Shown here piece after piece: positions 1-11,900 of a DNA stretch of 64,000 nt (position 1 is the first letter of the stretch; every line of letters begins with the position of its first letter). This stretch comes from Burkholderiales bacterium. Lineage in GTDB: Bacteria > Pseudomonadota > Gammaproteobacteria > Burkholderiales > SG8-39. The position numbers and the translations under genes were made by a program. The notes under the pieces were generated by a model. It ran no database searches. It was not told the origin of the DNA and worked only from the letters and a program-made list of their open reading frames with translations. The stretch covers positions 446-64,445 of the forward strand of contig DATBQR010000018.1 in assembly GCA_036560705.1 (NCBI GenBank). Reading direction: 5' to 3'.

Positions 1-886
1 TGCCCCAGGTGACCTGCGGCGCGATATCGCGCGCGTCCAGCTTCACCTCGCGGTCGAATTTCGCATCCGCGTCGGTGTGCAGCATTTTCCAGGTGGCGAC
101 CGCCTGGTCCCATTCAGGCCCCGCGGGCGAAAACGGCCGCCCCCTGAGGTACTGGATGGTGACGTCGTCCACGGCGACCATGCCGGCGCGCGCGCCCCCT
201 TCGATCGCCATGTTGCACAGGGTCATGCGACCTTCCATCGTCAGCGAGCGCACCGCACTGCCGGCGAATTCCACCGCGCTGCCGGTGCCGCCCGCGGTGC
301 CGATGCGGCCGATCACCGCGAGCGCCACGTCCTTCGCGGTAACGCCGCGCCCGAGCTCGCCTTCCACGGTGACGCGCATGTTCTTCATTTTCTTCGCCAC
401 CAGGCACTGCGTGGCGAGCACGTGCTCGACTTCCGAGGTGCCGATGCCGTGCGCGAGGCAGCCGAAGGCGCCGTGCGTGCTGGTGTGCGAGTCGCCGCAG
501 ACGACCGTCATCCCCGGCAGCGTCGCACCCTGCTCGGGCCCGATCACGTGCACGATGCCCTGGCGCTTGTCGAGGAACGGGAAGTAAACCTTGGCGCCGT
601 ATTCCTTGATGTTGGCGGTGAGCGTCTCGACCTGCAGGCGCGAAACCGGATCCTCGATGCCCGCGATGCCACGCTCCCAGCCGGTAGTGGGCGTGTTGTG
701 GTCGGCCGTCGCCACCACCGAACCGATGCGCCAGGGCTTGCGGCCGGCGAGCTTCAGGCCCTCGAAGGCCTGGGGACTGGTGACTTCGTGAACGAGATGG
801 CGGTCGATATAGAGCAGCGCCGTGCCGTCTTCCTCGACGTGCACCACGTGGCTGTCCCAGAGCTTGTCGTAAAGCGTGCGTCCCAT
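1..886 (-). CDS. leuC: 3-isopropylmalate dehydratase large subunit, N-terminal part (gene continues past the left window edge)
   Basis: Absent from the ORF track because no stop lies in the window. Reverse translation from ATG at 886-884 reads [44 protein letters not shown]... and ends at the edge with ...[20 protein letters not shown]. This is the canonical LeuC N-terminus. Confidence 0.85.
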   Translation of the reverse strand, partial: MGRTLYDKLWDSHVVHVEEDGTALLYIDRHLVHEVTSPQAFEGLKLAGRKPWRIGSVVATADHNTPTTGWERGIAGIEDPVSRLQVETLTANIKEYGAKVYFPFLDKRQGIVHVIGPEQGATLPGMTVVCGDSHTSTHGAFGCLAHGIGTSEVEHVLATQCLVAKKMKNMRVTVEGELGRGVTAKDVALAVIGRIGTAGGTGSAVEFAGSAVRSLTMEGRMTLCNMAIEGGARAGMVAVDDVTIQYLRGRPFSPAGPEWDQAVATWKMLHTDADAKFDREVKLDARDIAPQVTWG

Positions 887-936
887 CGTTTTCCGCGCCG
901 CGAAAGAATGGGATTATTGCACAACGAATCAGCGTT

Positions 937-2079
937 TTACACCCTCACCTTCCAGAGGATTAGGGCAGCGCCCAGCGCGCCAAACGCGGCGCTCATCCCG
1001 AAACTGGCCGCACTTCCCAGTGCATCCCAGGACCAGCCGGCAATCAGCGTCCCGGCGGCCCCGCCCACGCCGTAGGTGAGGCTGGAATACAGCGCCTGAC
1101 CGCGGGCTTCGAGCCGCCCTGAAAAGATGCGATGCACGGCCGCGAGGGATGCCCCATGAAACACCCCGAAGGTCGCGGCGTGCAGCAGCATTGCGAAAAC
1201 GAGCAGCGCAAGCACGTCGACGGCCCAGCCGATAAGCAAAAAGCGCACGGTGATGCACGCGAAGCTCGCGATGAGCAGCGAACGCAGCGAATGGCGCCGC
1301 ATGAGCTGGGGCAAATAGACGAACACCACGATCTCCGCGGCCGACCCCAGGGTCCAGAGCGCGCCGATCGCCGCCTTGGAGTACCCAGCGCCCTCCAGGT
1401 GGATCGAAAGAAAGGCGTACAGCGCGCCGTGCGCCACGGCGTTGCACATGCACGCGCCGAAGAAGGCGATCACGTCGGCCCGCGCCAGCACCGGCACGAG
1501 CCGCGCCGGTTCCGGCGGGCCCGCGTGGGGGGCGCGCGCGGGAATCCCCAGCGCCGCCACGCAGACGAGCGCAGCCAGCGCGACGATGATGTCGAGGACC
1601 GTGGAAACGTCATGGCGGTCGAGCCAGGCGCCCGCGCCGAGGACGGCCAGAATGAAGCCGATCGATCCCCAAAGGCGCACCGGTCCGTAGCTGCCCGGCC
1701 GGGCACGTGTCGCGGCGAGTGCCGTCGCCTCGACCAGCGGCATCGATCCGGCCGCAAGGACGCTGAGCAGAAGCATGGCGAAGGCGATCTGAAAAACGCC
1801 TCGCGCGAAGTACAGAGAAGCGAACCCGCCCAAGACCGCGAACGCCGAAAAGATCACGATGCCGCGCTGCCAGCCGGTGTGATCGGCGATCCAACCCCAG
1901 GCGGCCGGCGCGACAATGCGGGCGATCTGCGGCATGGCGAGGACGAGAGCCATTTGCCGCGCGTCGTAGCCCGCCGCGGCAAGCCAGAGCGAGAAATAGG
2001 GCGCGAGCACGCCGACATACGCGAAGTACGCGAAGTAATAGATGCCGAGGCGGCGGGGAACGCCGGGGGCAACGCTCAT
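937..2079 (-). CDS. MFS transporter (HcaT/phenylpropionate-permease-like)
   Basis: 380-aa ORF that is hydrophobic throughout. The N-terminus GIYYFAYFAYVGVLAPYFSLWL is typical of MFS_1-like permeases. It lies 37 nt downstream of a TetR gene on the same strand. Confidence 0.75.
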   Translation of the reverse strand: MSVAPGVPRRLGIYYFAYFAYVGVLAPYFSLWLAAAGYDARQMALVLAMPQIARIVAPAAWGWIADHTGWQRGIVIFSAFAVLGGFASLYFARGVFQIAFAMLLLSVLAAGSMPLVEATALAATRARPGSYGPVRLWGSIGFILAVLGAGAWLDRHDVSTVLDIIVALAALVCVAALGIPARAPHAGPPEPARLVPVLARADVIAFFGACMCNAVAHGALYAFLSIHLEGAGYSKAAIGALWTLGSAAEIVVFVYLPQLMRRHSLRSLLIASFACITVRFLLIGWAVDVLALLVFAMLLHAATFGVFHGASLAAVHRIFSGRLEARGQALYSSLTYGVGGAAGTLIAGWSWDALGSAASFGMSAAFGALGAALILWKVRV

Positions 2080-2116
2080 GGAGTGCGCATGAGGTAAGCG
2101 CCGCCGCGTTCGCGCG

Positions 2117-2710
2117 TTACGCGGAAGACTGGGCGGAGACGGCGAAGCGCGTCGAGGCCAGCACCTCGCGCACGAAGAGCGCGTCGTCCCGGCCGTGCCT
2201 TGCGGCGCCGGCGATGCGTCCGCCGAGCAGCAGTTCCGCCAGGCCGTGGACCAGCGCCCAAGCGGCGATGGACGAATCCCCCGCGCCCTGCGCCTCCGGC
2301 ACCCGCGCCGACAACGCGCCCGCGAGACCGGCGAATGCCTTCGTCGCCACCTCCCGCAGCTGCGGATGCCTCTCCAGCGAAACCTGCCCGCCGAACATCA
2401 GGCGGAAGCGCTGCGGGTGCGCCAGTGCGAAACGCACATAGGCCTCGCCCATGGCGCGCAATCCTCCCGACTCCGCCGCCTCGCGCTGCGCCTGCTCCAG
2501 CATCGAGTAACCCTCCGCGGCGAGCGCCGCCAGCAAGGCCTCGCGCTCAGGAAAATGACGGTAGGGGGCGTTGTGGGAAACCTTTGCGCGGCGCGCCAGT
2601 TCGCGCATTTTCAGACCTTCAATCCCTTGTTTTTCCAGCAATTTCCCAGCCATCCGCAGCACCGTGCTGCGCAGATCGCCATGGTGATAGCGGCGGCTTG
2701 ATGTTGACAT
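2117..2710 (-). CDS. TetR/AcrR family transcriptional regulator
   Basis: 197 aa with an N-terminal HTH (LKMRELARRAKVSHNAPYRHFPEREALL). Confidence 0.85.
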   Translation of the reverse strand: MSTSSRRYHHGDLRSTVLRMAGKLLEKQGIEGLKMRELARRAKVSHNAPYRHFPEREALLAALAAEGYSMLEQAQREAAESGGLRAMGEAYVRFALAHPQRFRLMFGGQVSLERHPQLREVATKAFAGLAGALSARVPEAQGAGDSSIAAWALVHGLAELLLGGRIAGAARHGRDDALFVREVLASTRFAVSAQSSA

Positions 2711-2732
2711 TCACCACATTATACGGGAAATC

Positions 2733-2753
2733 TATGTTGCCGTTGACAACATA
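2733..2753. promoter_or_regulatory. Inverted repeat TATGTTG-n7-CAACATA, candidate TetR operator
   Basis: Perfect 7-bp arms read directly. It sits 23 nt upstream of the tetR start, inside the 52-nt der/tetR spacer. Confidence 0.3.
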
Positions 2754-2762
2754 CCGCCGCGG

Positions 2763-4193
2763 CTATTTTTTCGGCCTGCCCGGCTTTTTCGGCTTGCCCC
2801 CGGCCTTCACCCGCGGCGCGGACTTGCTGTGCCCGAGGGCCCGCTTGCGCACGGGGGCCTTGCGGTTCTCGTCATACGGGTTCCTGCCGGTGCGCAGCTC
2901 GATGCGCAGCGGCGTGCCTTTCAGGCTGAACGCATCGCGGAACCAGCCCTCGAGGAAACGCTTGTAGCCGTCGGTGACGAACTGCAGGGAATTGCCGTGG
3001 ATGATGATGCGCGGCGGGTTGGAGCCGCCCTGGTGCGCGTAGCGCATCTTCGGCCGCGAGTAGCCCTTGCGGTGGGCCGGCAGCTGGCGCTCGACCGCGG
3101 CGATCAGCGCGCGCGTGAGCTTCGGCGTCGGCAGCTTCGCCATCGCCGCCGCGTAGGCCCCGTCCACGGCGCGCAGCACGTCGTTCACGCCCTTGCCGGA
3201 GCGCGCGGAAATGAACAGCGTCTCGGCGAAATTGAGGAAGCCGAGCTGCCAGCCGAGCTCCTGCTTGACGCGGTCGCGGTCCGCCTTCTCCACCGCGTCC
3301 CATTTGTTCACCGCCACCACCACCGCGCGGCCGCGATCGAGAATATAGCTGGCGACGTGCGCGTCCTGCTCCGAGAGGCCCTCGTCGGCATCCAGCACCA
3401 GCACGGCGACGTTGGCCGCCTCGATCGCCTGCAGCGTCTTGACTATGGAGAAGCGCTCGACCTCGGCGCCGTGCGACTTGCCGCGCTTGCGCAGTCCCGC
3501 CGTGTCGATCAGCGTGTAGCGCCGGCCGCCGCGCTCGAAGGGCACCTCGATCGAATCGCGGGTGGTGCCCGGCTCGCCGTAGGCGATCACCCGTTGCTCT
3601 CCCACCAGCGCATTGACCAGCGTGGATTTGCCGACGTTCGGCCGACCGACGATGGCGACGCGGGGATGCCTGGCTTCGCTTTCATCCGCGGCGGCGCCTC
3701 GGGGAAAGGGCTTCAGCACTTCTTCGATGAATTCGGCCACGCCGCTGCCGTGCGCGGCGGAGATGGCCGCCGGCGCGCCGAGGCCGAGTTCGTGGAACTC
3801 GGCCGCGGCGACTTCCGCCGCCATGCCCTCGGCCTTGTTGGCGCCGATCCAGACCCGGTCCTTCAGGCGGCGCAGCCGCTCCGCGATGACGCGGTCGCCC
3901 GGCGTGAGCCCGGCGCGCGTATCGGTGACCAGGATCACCGCGTCGGCCTCGACGATCGCCTGCTCCGTCTGGCGCGCCATCTCGACGAAGATGCCCTCGG
4001 GCGTGTCGGGCTCGAGGCCGCCGGTATCGATCACGATGTAGGAGCGCCCGCCGAGCAGGCCTTCGCCATAGTGGCGGTCGCGCGTCACGCCGGGCACGTC
4101 GACGACGATGGCGTCGCGCCGCCGCGTCAGGCGGTTGAACAGCGTGCTCTTGCCGACGTTCGGCCGCCCGACGAGGGCAATAACCGGCTTCAT
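2763..4193 (-). CDS. der: Ribosome-associated GTPase Der (EngA) with Lys-rich C-terminal tail
   Basis: 476 aa with two tandem GTPase domains, each carrying GRPNVGKST. Tail reads [14 protein letters not shown]. Confidence 0.95.
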   Translation of the reverse strand: MKPVIALVGRPNVGKSTLFNRLTRRRDAIVVDVPGVTRDRHYGEGLLGGRSYIVIDTGGLEPDTPEGIFVEMARQTEQAIVEADAVILVTDTRAGLTPGDRVIAERLRRLKDRVWIGANKAEGMAAEVAAAEFHELGLGAPAAISAAHGSGVAEFIEEVLKPFPRGAAADESEARHPRVAIVGRPNVGKSTLVNALVGEQRVIAYGEPGTTRDSIEVPFERGGRRYTLIDTAGLRKRGKSHGAEVERFSIVKTLQAIEAANVAVLVLDADEGLSEQDAHVASYILDRGRAVVVAVNKWDAVEKADRDRVKQELGWQLGFLNFAETLFISARSGKGVNDVLRAVDGAYAAAMAKLPTPKLTRALIAAVERQLPAHRKGYSRPKMRYAHQGGSNPPRIIIHGNSLQFVTDGYKRFLEGWFRDAFSLKGTPLRIELRTGRNPYDENRKAPVRKRALGHSKSAPRVKAGGKPKKPGRPKK

Positions 4194-4226
4194 GCCGGTC
4201 CTGTATCGGGTTTCAAGCCGGGGTTC

Positions 4227-5417
4227 TCACTGCAGCGTCAGCGCGTACAGTCCGCCGTTCTGCGTCTGCACGAGGAATCCGTCCGGCAGCTTGAGCGGCG
4301 CGGCGCGCACCGGGCTGCCGTCGGTGGCGAAGCGGGCGAGGAACGCGCCCGACTCCCGCGCGAGGAAATGCACGAAGCCCTGCAGGTCGCCCAGCGCCAC
4401 CTCGGTGCCGAGCGGCAGCGGCAGCGACAGCTGGCGATAGGCGAGGCGGTCCTGCTTCCAGATGCTGCGGCCGTTGCTGCGGTCCAGCGCGTGCACCGCG
4501 CCCTTGTCGTCGCTGACGAACGCGTAGCGCGCATCGAAGGAAACGCCGGTGAGCGTGGACATCTCGCGCGTCCACAGCTGGTTGCCGTTCAGGATGTCGT
4601 AGCAGGCGACGCGTCCCTGGTAGGCCCCGGTGCAGACCTCCCTGCCCTGCACCGAAGGATCGCCGACGATGTCGGTGACGCGTTCGAGCTCGGTCGCGCC
4701 CTTCGGCAGCGCCACGGTCGCTTCCCAGCGCAGGTTGCCGTTGGCGAGCGCGATCGCCACCAGCTTGCCGCCCGAGAAACCGGCATAGACCGATCCCTGG
4801 TTGATGGTCAGGCCGACCGGCGAGCGCACGATGAGCGAGGCGGCGGCGCGCTGGTAGACCCAGCGGCGCTTGCCGTCTTCGCCGCCGAAAGCGAAGATCT
4901 TGCTGTCGGCGCTGCGCACCAGCACCAGCTCCTCGCCCAGTTTCGGCGCCGCCAGCACTTCGCTCGACACCCGGGCGCGCCATTTCACCGTGCCGGTCTG
5001 CGCGTCGAGCGCAATGACCTCGCCGTCGTCGCAGGCGACCACGGCGAGCGCGCCATCGCTGCCGACGCCGCCGGAAAGCCGCTTGCCGACCGAGATCCGC
5101 CACTTGGCCTGGCCGGTGGCGGCATCGAGACGCGCCACCGCGCCGGCGCGCGACGCCACGTACACGCCGTCGCCCACCAGCGCCGGACTGAATACATAGG
5201 ATTCCGCCGCCCCGATGTTGGCGGACCAGAGCACGCGCACGCCCTGCGCGTTGGTCAATACGGGCAGCTCGGAGGGCTTCGGCCCGGTCGACTTGCTGGC
5301 GAACCAGTCGAGCGGATTCAAGCTCGGCATGCTGGGCACGCTCGAGCAGGCCGACAGCAGCAAAGAGGCGGCACAGGCGGCGATCGCCGCCGGCCGAAGC
5401 GCGACGCGCATCCTCAT
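4227..5417 (-). CDS. bamB: Outer membrane protein assembly factor BamB (PQQ-like beta-propeller lipoprotein)
   Basis: 396 aa. Lipoprotein signal ...LLLSAC followed by repeated propeller blades. It holds the conserved yfgM-bamB-der position. Confidence 0.9.
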   Translation of the reverse strand: MRMRVALRPAAIAACAASLLLSACSSVPSMPSLNPLDWFASKSTGPKPSELPVLTNAQGVRVLWSANIGAAESYVFSPALVGDGVYVASRAGAVARLDAATGQAKWRISVGKRLSGGVGSDGALAVVACDDGEVIALDAQTGTVKWRARVSSEVLAAPKLGEELVLVRSADSKIFAFGGEDGKRRWVYQRAAASLIVRSPVGLTINQGSVYAGFSGGKLVAIALANGNLRWEATVALPKGATELERVTDIVGDPSVQGREVCTGAYQGRVACYDILNGNQLWTREMSTLTGVSFDARYAFVSDDKGAVHALDRSNGRSIWKQDRLAYRQLSLPLPLGTEVALGDLQGFVHFLARESGAFLARFATDGSPVRAAPLKLPDGFLVQTQNGGLYALTLQ

Positions 5418-6046
5418 CCCCCGAGCGCGTCCAGCCGCAACTGCACGCTGCTGCGGAAGGCGGTGTCCTTGCGGTCCGATTTTTCGAGCGCGGTACGGTA
5501 GGCGACCCTGGCGTCGGCGGCCTTGTCCTTCGCCAGCAGGATGTCTCCCCTCAGCGCCGCATATTGCGCCTCCAGCGGCGCGGCATGCTTCGCTTCGAGC
5601 AGCGCGAGCGCCTCGTCGTAGGCTTTCTGGTCCAGCAGCACCGCGGCCAGCCGCAGGCGCGCGAGGTCCCTCAGTTCGTCAGAGGACGAATGTTCGACGA
5701 CCCATTGCAGCTGCGCCCGGGCGTTTTTCAGGTCCGCGCGATCGAAATAGAAGCGTGCCGCGACCAGCGCGCCCATCGAGGCGTAGTAGGTGCGGGGATA
5801 GGATTCCACCAGCGTTCCGCCCGCATCCCCGAGCGCCTTCGCGTCGCCCGCCTGCGCCGCCGCGACCAGTGCATCGTAGCGCGCCCCGGCCTGCTGCGCC
5901 TGGTCCGCCTGCCAGATGCGCCATCCCTGCCAGGCCGATCCCGCGATCGCCGCCGCGGCGACCACCGTCAGCACGCGCGTGCCGTTGTCTTTCCACCAGC
6001 CCTTGAAAGTGGCGATCTGTTCCTGCTCTTCTAGGTCGTAAGCCAT
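5414..6046 (-). CDS. yfgM: YfgM-family membrane-anchored TPR-like protein
   Basis: 210 aa. N-terminus EEQEQIATFKGWWKDNG plus a single TM segment and a TPR-like C-terminal part. Conserved between hisS and bamB. Confidence 0.8.
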   Translation of the reverse strand: MAYDLEEQEQIATFKGWWKDNGTRVLTVVAAAAIAGSAWQGWRIWQADQAQQAGARYDALVAAAQAGDAKALGDAGGTLVESYPRTYYASMGALVAARFYFDRADLKNARAQLQWVVEHSSSDELRDLARLRLAAVLLDQKAYDEALALLEAKHAAPLEAQYAALRGDILLAKDKAADARVAYRTALEKSDRKDTAFRSSVQLRLDALGG

Positions 6047-6048
6047 GC

Positions 6049-7329
6049 CTATGCCTTGATCCTTTGCATTGTTGCCGCGAATTCCTCCACCACGCGCGCG
6101 CGGCCGATGCGGCGCTGTTCCTCCGTCCTGCGCAGGGCCTTCACCGACAGTTCGCCGGCGCGCACCTCATCCTCGCCGACGATCAGCGCCACCCAGGCGC
6201 CGCTCGCGTCTGCTTTTTTCATCTGCGACTTGAAACTTCCGCCCCCGGCGTGCAGCACGACCGCATGACCGGCCGAGCGCAGCGCATCGGCGATGGTAAA
6301 CGCATACTCGAGCGTGCCTTCGCCCTGATGCACCACGTAGGCATCGGGCAGGTGCACCGCCGGCGCATTGCCGGAATCCCGAATCAGCGCGACCAGCCTC
6401 TCGCAACCCATGGCGAAACCGACGCCCGGCGCGGCTTTGCCGCCGAGCTGCTCGAACAGCCCGTCGTAGCGGCCGCCGCCGCAGACCGTACCCTGCGCGC
6501 CCAGCGCATCGCTGACCCACTCGAAGACGGTGAGATTGTAGTAGTCGAGGCCGCGCACCAGCCGCGGATTGAGCGCGAATTCGACTCCCGCCGCCGAGAG
6601 AAGTTTCTTCAGCCCCTCGAAATGCGCGAGCGAGGCCTCGCCCAGGTAGCCCGTCAGCAGCGGCGCCTTCGCAACCACTTCCTGCACCGCGGGGTTTTTC
6701 GAGTCGAGGACGCGCAGGGGGTTGCTGTGCAGGCGGCGCTTGGCGTCCGCGTCGAGTTTGCCCTCGTGCGCCTGCAGGTGCCTGACCAGATCGGCGCGGT
6801 GGCGGGCGCGCTCCCCGGCCGAGCCGATGGTATTCAACTCGAGGCGGATGCCGCGCAGGCCAAGTTCCGGCCACAGCCGCGCGCACATCACGATGAGTTC
6901 GGCGTCCACCTCGGGACCCGCGAAGCCGAATGCCTCGGCGCCGTACTGGTAGAACTCGCGGTAGCGGCCTTTCTGCGGCCGCTCGTGGCGGTACATCGGG
7001 CCGCCGTACCAGAGCCGCTTCGGCCCGTCGTACAGCAGGCTGTGCTCGATCGCGGCGCGCACGCAGGAGGCGGTGCCCTCGGGGCGCAGCGTCAGCTCCT
7101 CGGCGTTCAGCTCGTCGCGCCAGGAATACATTTCCTTCTCGACGATGTCGGTCGCCTCGCCGATGGCGCGGCGGAACAGCGCCGTCTGCTCCACCAACGG
7201 CATGCGGATCGCGCGGTAGCCCCAGCGCTCCAGCCAGGCCTCGACGGTGGCGCCGAACGCGCGCCACAGCGCCGCTTCCTCCGGCAGCACGTCGTTCATG
7301 CCGCGCACTGCCTGCAGCGTGGCCGTCAC
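6049..7329 (-). CDS. hisS: Histidine--tRNA ligase
   Basis: The track ORF (523 aa) is over-extended into ispG. Homology starts at [18 protein letters not shown]. The GTG at 7329-7327 overlaps the ispG TGA (GTGA), which gives about 426 aa. Confidence 0.9.
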   Translation of the reverse strand: MTATLQAVRGMNDVLPEEAALWRAFGATVEAWLERWGYRAIRMPLVEQTALFRRAIGEATDIVEKEMYSWRDELNAEELTLRPEGTASCVRAAIEHSLLYDGPKRLWYGGPMYRHERPQKGRYREFYQYGAEAFGFAGPEVDAELIVMCARLWPELGLRGIRLELNTIGSAGERARHRADLVRHLQAHEGKLDADAKRRLHSNPLRVLDSKNPAVQEVVAKAPLLTGYLGEASLAHFEGLKKLLSAAGVEFALNPRLVRGLDYYNLTVFEWVSDALGAQGTVCGGGRYDGLFEQLGGKAAPGVGFAMGCERLVALIRDSGNAPAVHLPDAYVVHQGEGTLEYAFTIADALRSAGHAVVLHAGGGSFKSQMKKADASGAWVALIVGEDEVRAGELSVKALRRTEEQRRIGRARVVEEFAATMQRIKA

Positions 7330-8588
7330 GAAACTGCCTTGATCGGGATGGCCTTGCCCCGTTCGCGCTGCCGGCGCGCGCCGGGCGAGTAATTGTCCCT
7401 GACGTAAGTCTCGACGATCGCCTGGAATTCCTCGGCGATGCGCCCGCCCTTCAGCGTCACGGTCTTCTCGCCGTCGACGTAGACCGGCGCCACCGGAACC
7501 TCGTTGGTGCCCGGCAGGCTGATGCCCACGTCCGCGTGCTTGGATTCGCCGGGACCGTTCACCACGCAGCCCATCACCGCCACCTTCATGTCCTCGACGC
7601 CCGGGTAGCTTTGCTTCCACACCGGCATCTGGGAGCGCAGGAAAGACTGGATGCGCTGGGCCAGTTCCTGGAAATAGGTGCTGGTGGTGCGGCCGCAGCC
7701 GGGACAGGCGGCAACCATCGGCGTGAAACTGCGCAGGCCCATGGTCTGCAGCAGCTCCTGTGCCACGATCACTTCCCGCGTGCGATCCCCTCCGGGCTCA
7801 GGCGTAAGAGAGATGCGGATGGTGTCGCCGATGCCTTCCTGCAGCAGCACCGCCATGGCGGCCGAAGAAGCGACGATGCCCTTGGAACCCATGCCGGCCT
7901 CGGTGAGACCCAGGTGCAGCGCGTACTGGCAGCGGCGCGCGAGTTCCCGGTAGACCAGGATCAGGTCCTGCACCCCGCTCACCTTGCAGGAAATCACGAT
8001 GCGTTCCGCCGGCAGGCCGAGCTTCTCCGCCTGCGCCGCCGATTCGAGGCCGGAAACGATGAGCGCCTCGCGCATCACCTCGTCGGCATCGAGCGGATTC
8101 TGCTTTCGGCCGTTGTCGTCCATCATGCGCGCCAGCAGCTCCGGATCGAGGCTGCCCCAGTTGACGCCGATGCGCACCGGCTTGCCGTATTTCAGCGCCG
8201 CCTCGATCATGGTGGCGAACTGGTCGTCCCTTTTCGCGCCCTTGCCGACGTTGCCCGGATTGATGCGGTACTTGGCGAGCGCCCGCGCGCAATCCGGATA
8301 CTGCGTCAGCAGCTTGTGGCCGTTGAAATGGAAATCGCCCACCAGCGGCACGTCGCAGCCCATGGCGTCCAGCCGCGCGCGGATCGAAGGCACTGCCGCC
8401 GCGGCCTCCGGCTTGTCGACGGTGATGCGCACCAGCTCGGAGCCGGCGCGCCACAGGTCGAAAACCTGGCGCGCCGTGGCTTCGGCGTCGGCGGTGTCGG
8501 TATTGGTCATGGACTGGACGACGACGGGCGCGCCGCCGCCGACCGCGACCCTGTCGATCATGACCTGCCTGGAAACCCTGCGGACCAT
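7326..8588 (-). CDS. ispG: 4-hydroxy-3-methylbut-2-en-1-yl diphosphate synthase (flavodoxin)
   Basis: 420 aa with [25 protein letters not shown] and a C-terminal Cys cluster (ACPGCGRT). Confidence 0.95.
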   Translation of the reverse strand: MVRRVSRQVMIDRVAVGGGAPVVVQSMTNTDTADAEATARQVFDLWRAGSELVRITVDKPEAAAAVPSIRARLDAMGCDVPLVGDFHFNGHKLLTQYPDCARALAKYRINPGNVGKGAKRDDQFATMIEAALKYGKPVRIGVNWGSLDPELLARMMDDNGRKQNPLDADEVMREALIVSGLESAAQAEKLGLPAERIVISCKVSGVQDLILVYRELARRCQYALHLGLTEAGMGSKGIVASSAAMAVLLQEGIGDTIRISLTPEPGGDRTREVIVAQELLQTMGLRSFTPMVAACPGCGRTTSTYFQELAQRIQSFLRSQMPVWKQSYPGVEDMKVAVMGCVVNGPGESKHADVGISLPGTNEVPVAPVYVDGEKTVTLKGGRIAEEFQAIVETYVRDNYSPGARRQRERGKAIPIKAVS

Positions 8589-8601
8589 GCCGGTTGCCTT
8601 G

Positions 8602-9474
8602 CTAATCGAGAGTGAAGCGCGCCACTTCGACCTTGACGTACGGCGCCAGGTCGATCTGCCGGTCGTCGTAGGACAGCCGCACGTACTGCGCGTTGCCGAT
8701 GATGAGCGAGAAAGGCGGCCTGCCTTCTACCGCCTGCTCGCTGCCCGCGGGATTGAGCTGCGAGATCAAGGTCCTGCCATCGCGGCCGCGAATCTGCACC
8801 CAGGACGCCTGGTCGAACTTCATGACGATCCGCCTGGTAGCGCCCGTACTGTCCGCAGCAACGGCATCGGGCCGCGCTGCGGCCGCGCGTGTCGCCGGCG
8901 CGCGCGGCTCGGCGGCCGGGACGGCAGCAGCGGCGGCGAGCGGCGAAAGATTCGCCGGCGCCACGGCGCTTGCCGGCGTTTCAGCGGCTGCCGCGCGAGG
9001 CTCGGACAGCGCGCCGGGGACCTGCGCGGCCGGCACGAAAGTGAGCCGCGCGGCGTCGTTGCGCTCGTGCTGCCACTCGAACGCCACCGCCGCGATCACG
9101 CCCAGGACCGCGAGCGAGCCGGCGACATAGATCAGATTGGTGCGCCGGGTGCTGTCGGTGATCGGGATCGGCCGCCGGACGGAAGCGACCGCCACGGCGT
9201 TATCCGGCACGGCGACCCGCGCCGCCATCCGCCCGACCAGCGGCTCGGCGTCGAGCTTGAGCAGCCGCGCGTAGGCGCGCACCATGCCGCGCGCGAAAGT
9301 TCCCGTGGGAAGTTCCTCGAAGCGCCCGTGTTCCAGCGCCTCGATCTGCCGCGCCGCGAACTTCAGCTGCTGCGCGACGTCGCCGAGCGACAATCCCAGC
9401 GCGGCCCGCGCGTGCGCCAGTTCCTCGCCAACGCCGAAGCCGGCCGCAGCTTCTGGCTCACCGCCGTCAGTCAT
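8602..9474 (-). CDS. rodZ: Cytoskeleton protein RodZ (HTH + TM + DUF4115-like C-terminus)
   Basis: The track ORF is over-extended. The start is taken at MTDGGEPE (ATG 9474-9472), 3 nt from the pilW stop. HTH reads [23 protein letters not shown]. Confidence 0.8.
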   Translation of the reverse strand: MTDGGEPEAAAGFGVGEELAHARAALGLSLGDVAQQLKFAARQIEALEHGRFEELPTGTFARGMVRAYARLLKLDAEPLVGRMAARVAVPDNAVAVASVRRPIPITDSTRRTNLIYVAGSLAVLGVIAAVAFEWQHERNDAARLTFVPAAQVPGALSEPRAAAAETPASAVAPANLSPLAAAAAVPAAEPRAPATRAAAARPDAVAADSTGATRRIVMKFDQASWVQIRGRDGRTLISQLNPAGSEQAVEGRPPFSLIIGNAQYVRLSYDDRQIDLAPYVKVEVARFTLD

Positions 9475-10279
9475 ATTCCCCGCGCTGCAGCAGCTGGTAC
9501 TCGCGCGAGCCCGAGAAGCGCCGCCGCAGCCGATTGGCGTAGTCCGCCTCGATGGAGCGTTCGCCGAGCTTGTGCTCCACCCGCAGCGCGAGCCAGAGCG
9601 ACTCGGCCGTCGGTTCGACGACCTTGTTGTAGCGGCCGACCAGCTTGCGCGCTTCGTCCAAGCTTCCCTGGCGGTAGCGGATCTGGCCGAGCTGCAGCAG
9701 CGCGGGCGGATCATCGGGTTCCTGCCGCAGCGCAAGCTGGAAAAAGCCTTCGGCTTCCTTCAGGTTGTTCTTGCGCATCAAACAGATGCCGGCGGCGGAA
9801 TACGAGCGCCACGGCGCCGGGTAAAGCGGATTGCGAACCGCCTGCTGGAAATACTTGATCGACTCGTTCTCGTGGCCGGTCTGGCACAGGAACCAGCCGT
9901 AGTTGTGATTGATGTCCGGATCGGTGGGCGCCAGCCGCAGCCCGCGCTCGAAGTTCGTCTGCGCCAGCTGGTATTCGCGCAGATCCATGTAAACCAGCCC
10001 GAACAGGCTGTAGGTCAGCGGATAACCTGAATCGGCCGACTGGGCGATGCGCAGCTCCTCCAGCGCCACCGCCATGTTGCCGCGGCCGTAGTAGAGCGCC
10101 GCAAGTTCGGCGTGGACCTTGGCGCGGTTGCGCGCGTCGCTGACGTCTCCGGTGATGCCCGAGGACTCGACGACCGGTTCCGTGGCCCCCCCTCCCGGCG
10201 ACATGTCGGCGCAGCCGGCAAGGATGAGCGCGCCGAGCAGCGCGGCGCAAGCAAGCGGGGAAAACGATGAGCGGATCAT
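9467..10279 (-). CDS. pilW: Type IV pilus biogenesis/stability TPR lipoprotein PilW (PilF)
   Basis: 270 aa. Lipobox LILAGC followed by TPR repeats. Conserved rlmN-pilW-rodZ position. Confidence 0.85.
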   Translation of the reverse strand: MIRSSFSPLACAALLGALILAGCADMSPGGGATEPVVESSGITGDVSDARNRAKVHAELAALYYGRGNMAVALEELRIAQSADSGYPLTYSLFGLVYMDLREYQLAQTNFERGLRLAPTDPDINHNYGWFLCQTGHENESIKYFQQAVRNPLYPAPWRSYSAAGICLMRKNNLKEAEGFFQLALRQEPDDPPALLQLGQIRYRQGSLDEARKLVGRYNKVVEPTAESLWLALRVEHKLGERSIEADYANRLRRRFSGSREYQLLQRGEYD

Positions 10280-11382
10280 GCGCGGTGCTCCATGATTGGC
10301 ACTGTCTTGCGGCGGCGGGTGCGGTCGGTGACGTCGCCCGCGAGCTGGCCGCAGGCGGCGTCGATGCCGTCGCCCCGGGTCTTGCGCGTGGTGACGGTGA
10401 GCCCGGCGCGCTGCAGCACTTCCGCGAAACGGCGGATGCGCTCCGGGCCCGAGCGCTTGAAGCCCGAATCAGGGAAGGGATTGAACGGGATCAGGTTGAA
10501 CTTGCAGCGCAGCTGCGCCGCGATCCCCAGCAGCGCCTTCGCCTGCGCGTCGGAGTCGTTCACGCCGTCGAGCATCACGTACTCCATGGTGATGAAATCG
10601 CGCGGCGCACGCTCCAGGTAGCGCTTGCAGGCGGCGATCAGCTGGCGGATCGGGTATTTGCGGTTGATCGGCACCAGCCGGTCGCGCAATGCGTCGTCGG
10701 GCGCGTGCAGGGACACGGCGAGCGCCACCGGGCATTCTTCGGCGAGCCGGTCCATGCCCGGCACCACGCCGGACGTGGATACCGTGACGCGCCGGCGCGA
10801 CAGGCCGTAACCGTTCTCGTCGATCATGAGGCGCGCGGCCGGGATCACCGCGTCCAGGTTCAGCATCGGCTCGCCCATGCCCATGAACACGACGTTGCTG
10901 ACCGCGCGATTGCCTGCGCCCACGCCGCCCGGCTGCCCGTGCACGCCGAGCGCCTGGTTCGCGATCCAGAGCTGGCCGATGATTTCGGCGGACGTCAGGT
11001 TGCGGCTGAAACCCTGCTTGCCGGTCGAGCAGAACTGGCAGTCGAGCGTGCAGCCGGCCTGGCTCGAGACGCACAGCGTGCCGCGGCCGTCCTCAGGAAT
11101 GAACACTGCCTCGACCGCGTTGGCGCCGTCCACCTTCAGCAGCCACTTGCGCGTGCCATCGGCCGCCGTGCCGTCGCCGACGACGACCGGCGGCACGATG
11201 AGCGCGGCGCCGTTCAGTTTTGCACGCAGGTCCTTGGCGATGTCGGTCATCGCGGTGAAATCGGCGGCGCCCCTGCGATGGATCCACTTCAGGACCTGGC
11301 GCGCGCGGAACGGCTTCTCGCCAAGGCCGGCGAAGAGCGCCTGCATGCCCTCCGAGTCGAGGCCGAGAAGGTTGGCGGTCAT
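10276..11382 (-). CDS. rlmN: 23S rRNA/tRNA adenine-C2 methyltransferase RlmN (radical SAM)
   Basis: The track ORF (534 aa) overruns ndk. Homology begins at [35 protein letters not shown]. Radical-SAM motif CTLDCQFC is present. Confidence 0.9.
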   Translation of the reverse strand: MTANLLGLDSEGMQALFAGLGEKPFRARQVLKWIHRRGAADFTAMTDIAKDLRAKLNGAALIVPPVVVGDGTAADGTRKWLLKVDGANAVEAVFIPEDGRGTLCVSSQAGCTLDCQFCSTGKQGFSRNLTSAEIIGQLWIANQALGVHGQPGGVGAGNRAVSNVVFMGMGEPMLNLDAVIPAARLMIDENGYGLSRRRVTVSTSGVVPGMDRLAEECPVALAVSLHAPDDALRDRLVPINRKYPIRQLIAACKRYLERAPRDFITMEYVMLDGVNDSDAQAKALLGIAAQLRCKFNLIPFNPFPDSGFKRSGPERIRRFAEVLQRAGLTVTTRKTRGDGIDAACGQLAGDVTDRTRRRKTVPIMEHRA

Positions 11383-11387
11383 GATCT

Positions 11388-11813
11388 TCAGCGCGGAAAG
11401 ACTTCGTACCCCGGGAAGAAGAAGGCGATCTCGGCGTGCGCGGTCTCCGGCGCGTCCGAGCCGTGCACCGCGTTGGCGTCGATCGAATCGGCGAAGTCGG
11501 CGCGGATGGTGCCCTTGGCGGCCTTCTTCGGATCGGTGGCGCCCATCAGGTCGCGGTTCTTCATGATCGCGTTGTCTCCCTGGAGCACCTGCACGAGAAC
11601 CGGGCCGGAGATCATGAAATCGACCAGGTCCTTGAAGAACGGCCGCTCGCGGTGCACCGCGTAGAAGCCCTCGGCCTGCGCGCGCGACAGGTGCATCATG
11701 CGCGCGGCGATGACCTTCATGCCGGCCTTCTCGAAGCGCGTGAGAATCTGCCCGATGGCGTTCTTTGCGACCGCGTCCGGCTTGATAATCGAAAAGGTGC
11801 GTTCTACCGCCAT
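11388..11813 (-). CDS. ndk: Nucleoside-diphosphate kinase
   Basis: 141 aa: [15 protein letters not shown]...NAVHGSDA. Confidence 0.97.
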   Translation of the reverse strand: MAVERTFSIIKPDAVAKNAIGQILTRFEKAGMKVIAARMMHLSRAQAEGFYAVHRERPFFKDLVDFMISGPVLVQVLQGDNAIMKNRDLMGATDPKKAAKGTIRADFADSIDANAVHGSDAPETAHAEIAFFFPGYEVFPR

Positions 11814-11850
11814 GCCATGATCCCCGTGAACTGTTGCTGGTTAGCTCTAG

Positions 11851-11859
11851 AGTATAGCA
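11851..11859 (-). promoter_or_regulatory. Extended -10 element TGCTATACT upstream of ndk
   Basis: The minus strand reads ...cgTGcTATACTctagag..., about 40 nt upstream of the ndk ATG. No convincing -35 element. Confidence 0.3.
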
Positions 11860-11900
11860 CGATGGCGCGTACTTCCACATAAAAACAAGGGGTTAAGCAC

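Noticed and set aside
2829-5501. 890-aa plus-strand ORF antisense to der and bamB. Similar giants occur at 17768-20449 (893 aa, antisense to the TRAP genes), 41201-43552 (783 aa), 30952-32997 (681 aa) and 7984-9858 (624 aa).
   Set aside because: All overlap well-supported genes on the opposite strand or in another frame. They have the low-complexity R/A/G/P/H composition typical of GC-rich shadow ORFs and contain no family motifs.
6049-7620. N-terminal extensions in the track ORFs for hisS (523 aa), rlmN (534 aa), rodZ (377 aa), accA (438 aa), the glycosylase (382 aa), hup (146 aa), tam, kdpC, kdpE and gspH/J.
   Set aside because: The extensions overlap the upstream gene, are compositionally shadow-like, and homology begins at internal starts that sit next to or overlap the upstream stop codon.
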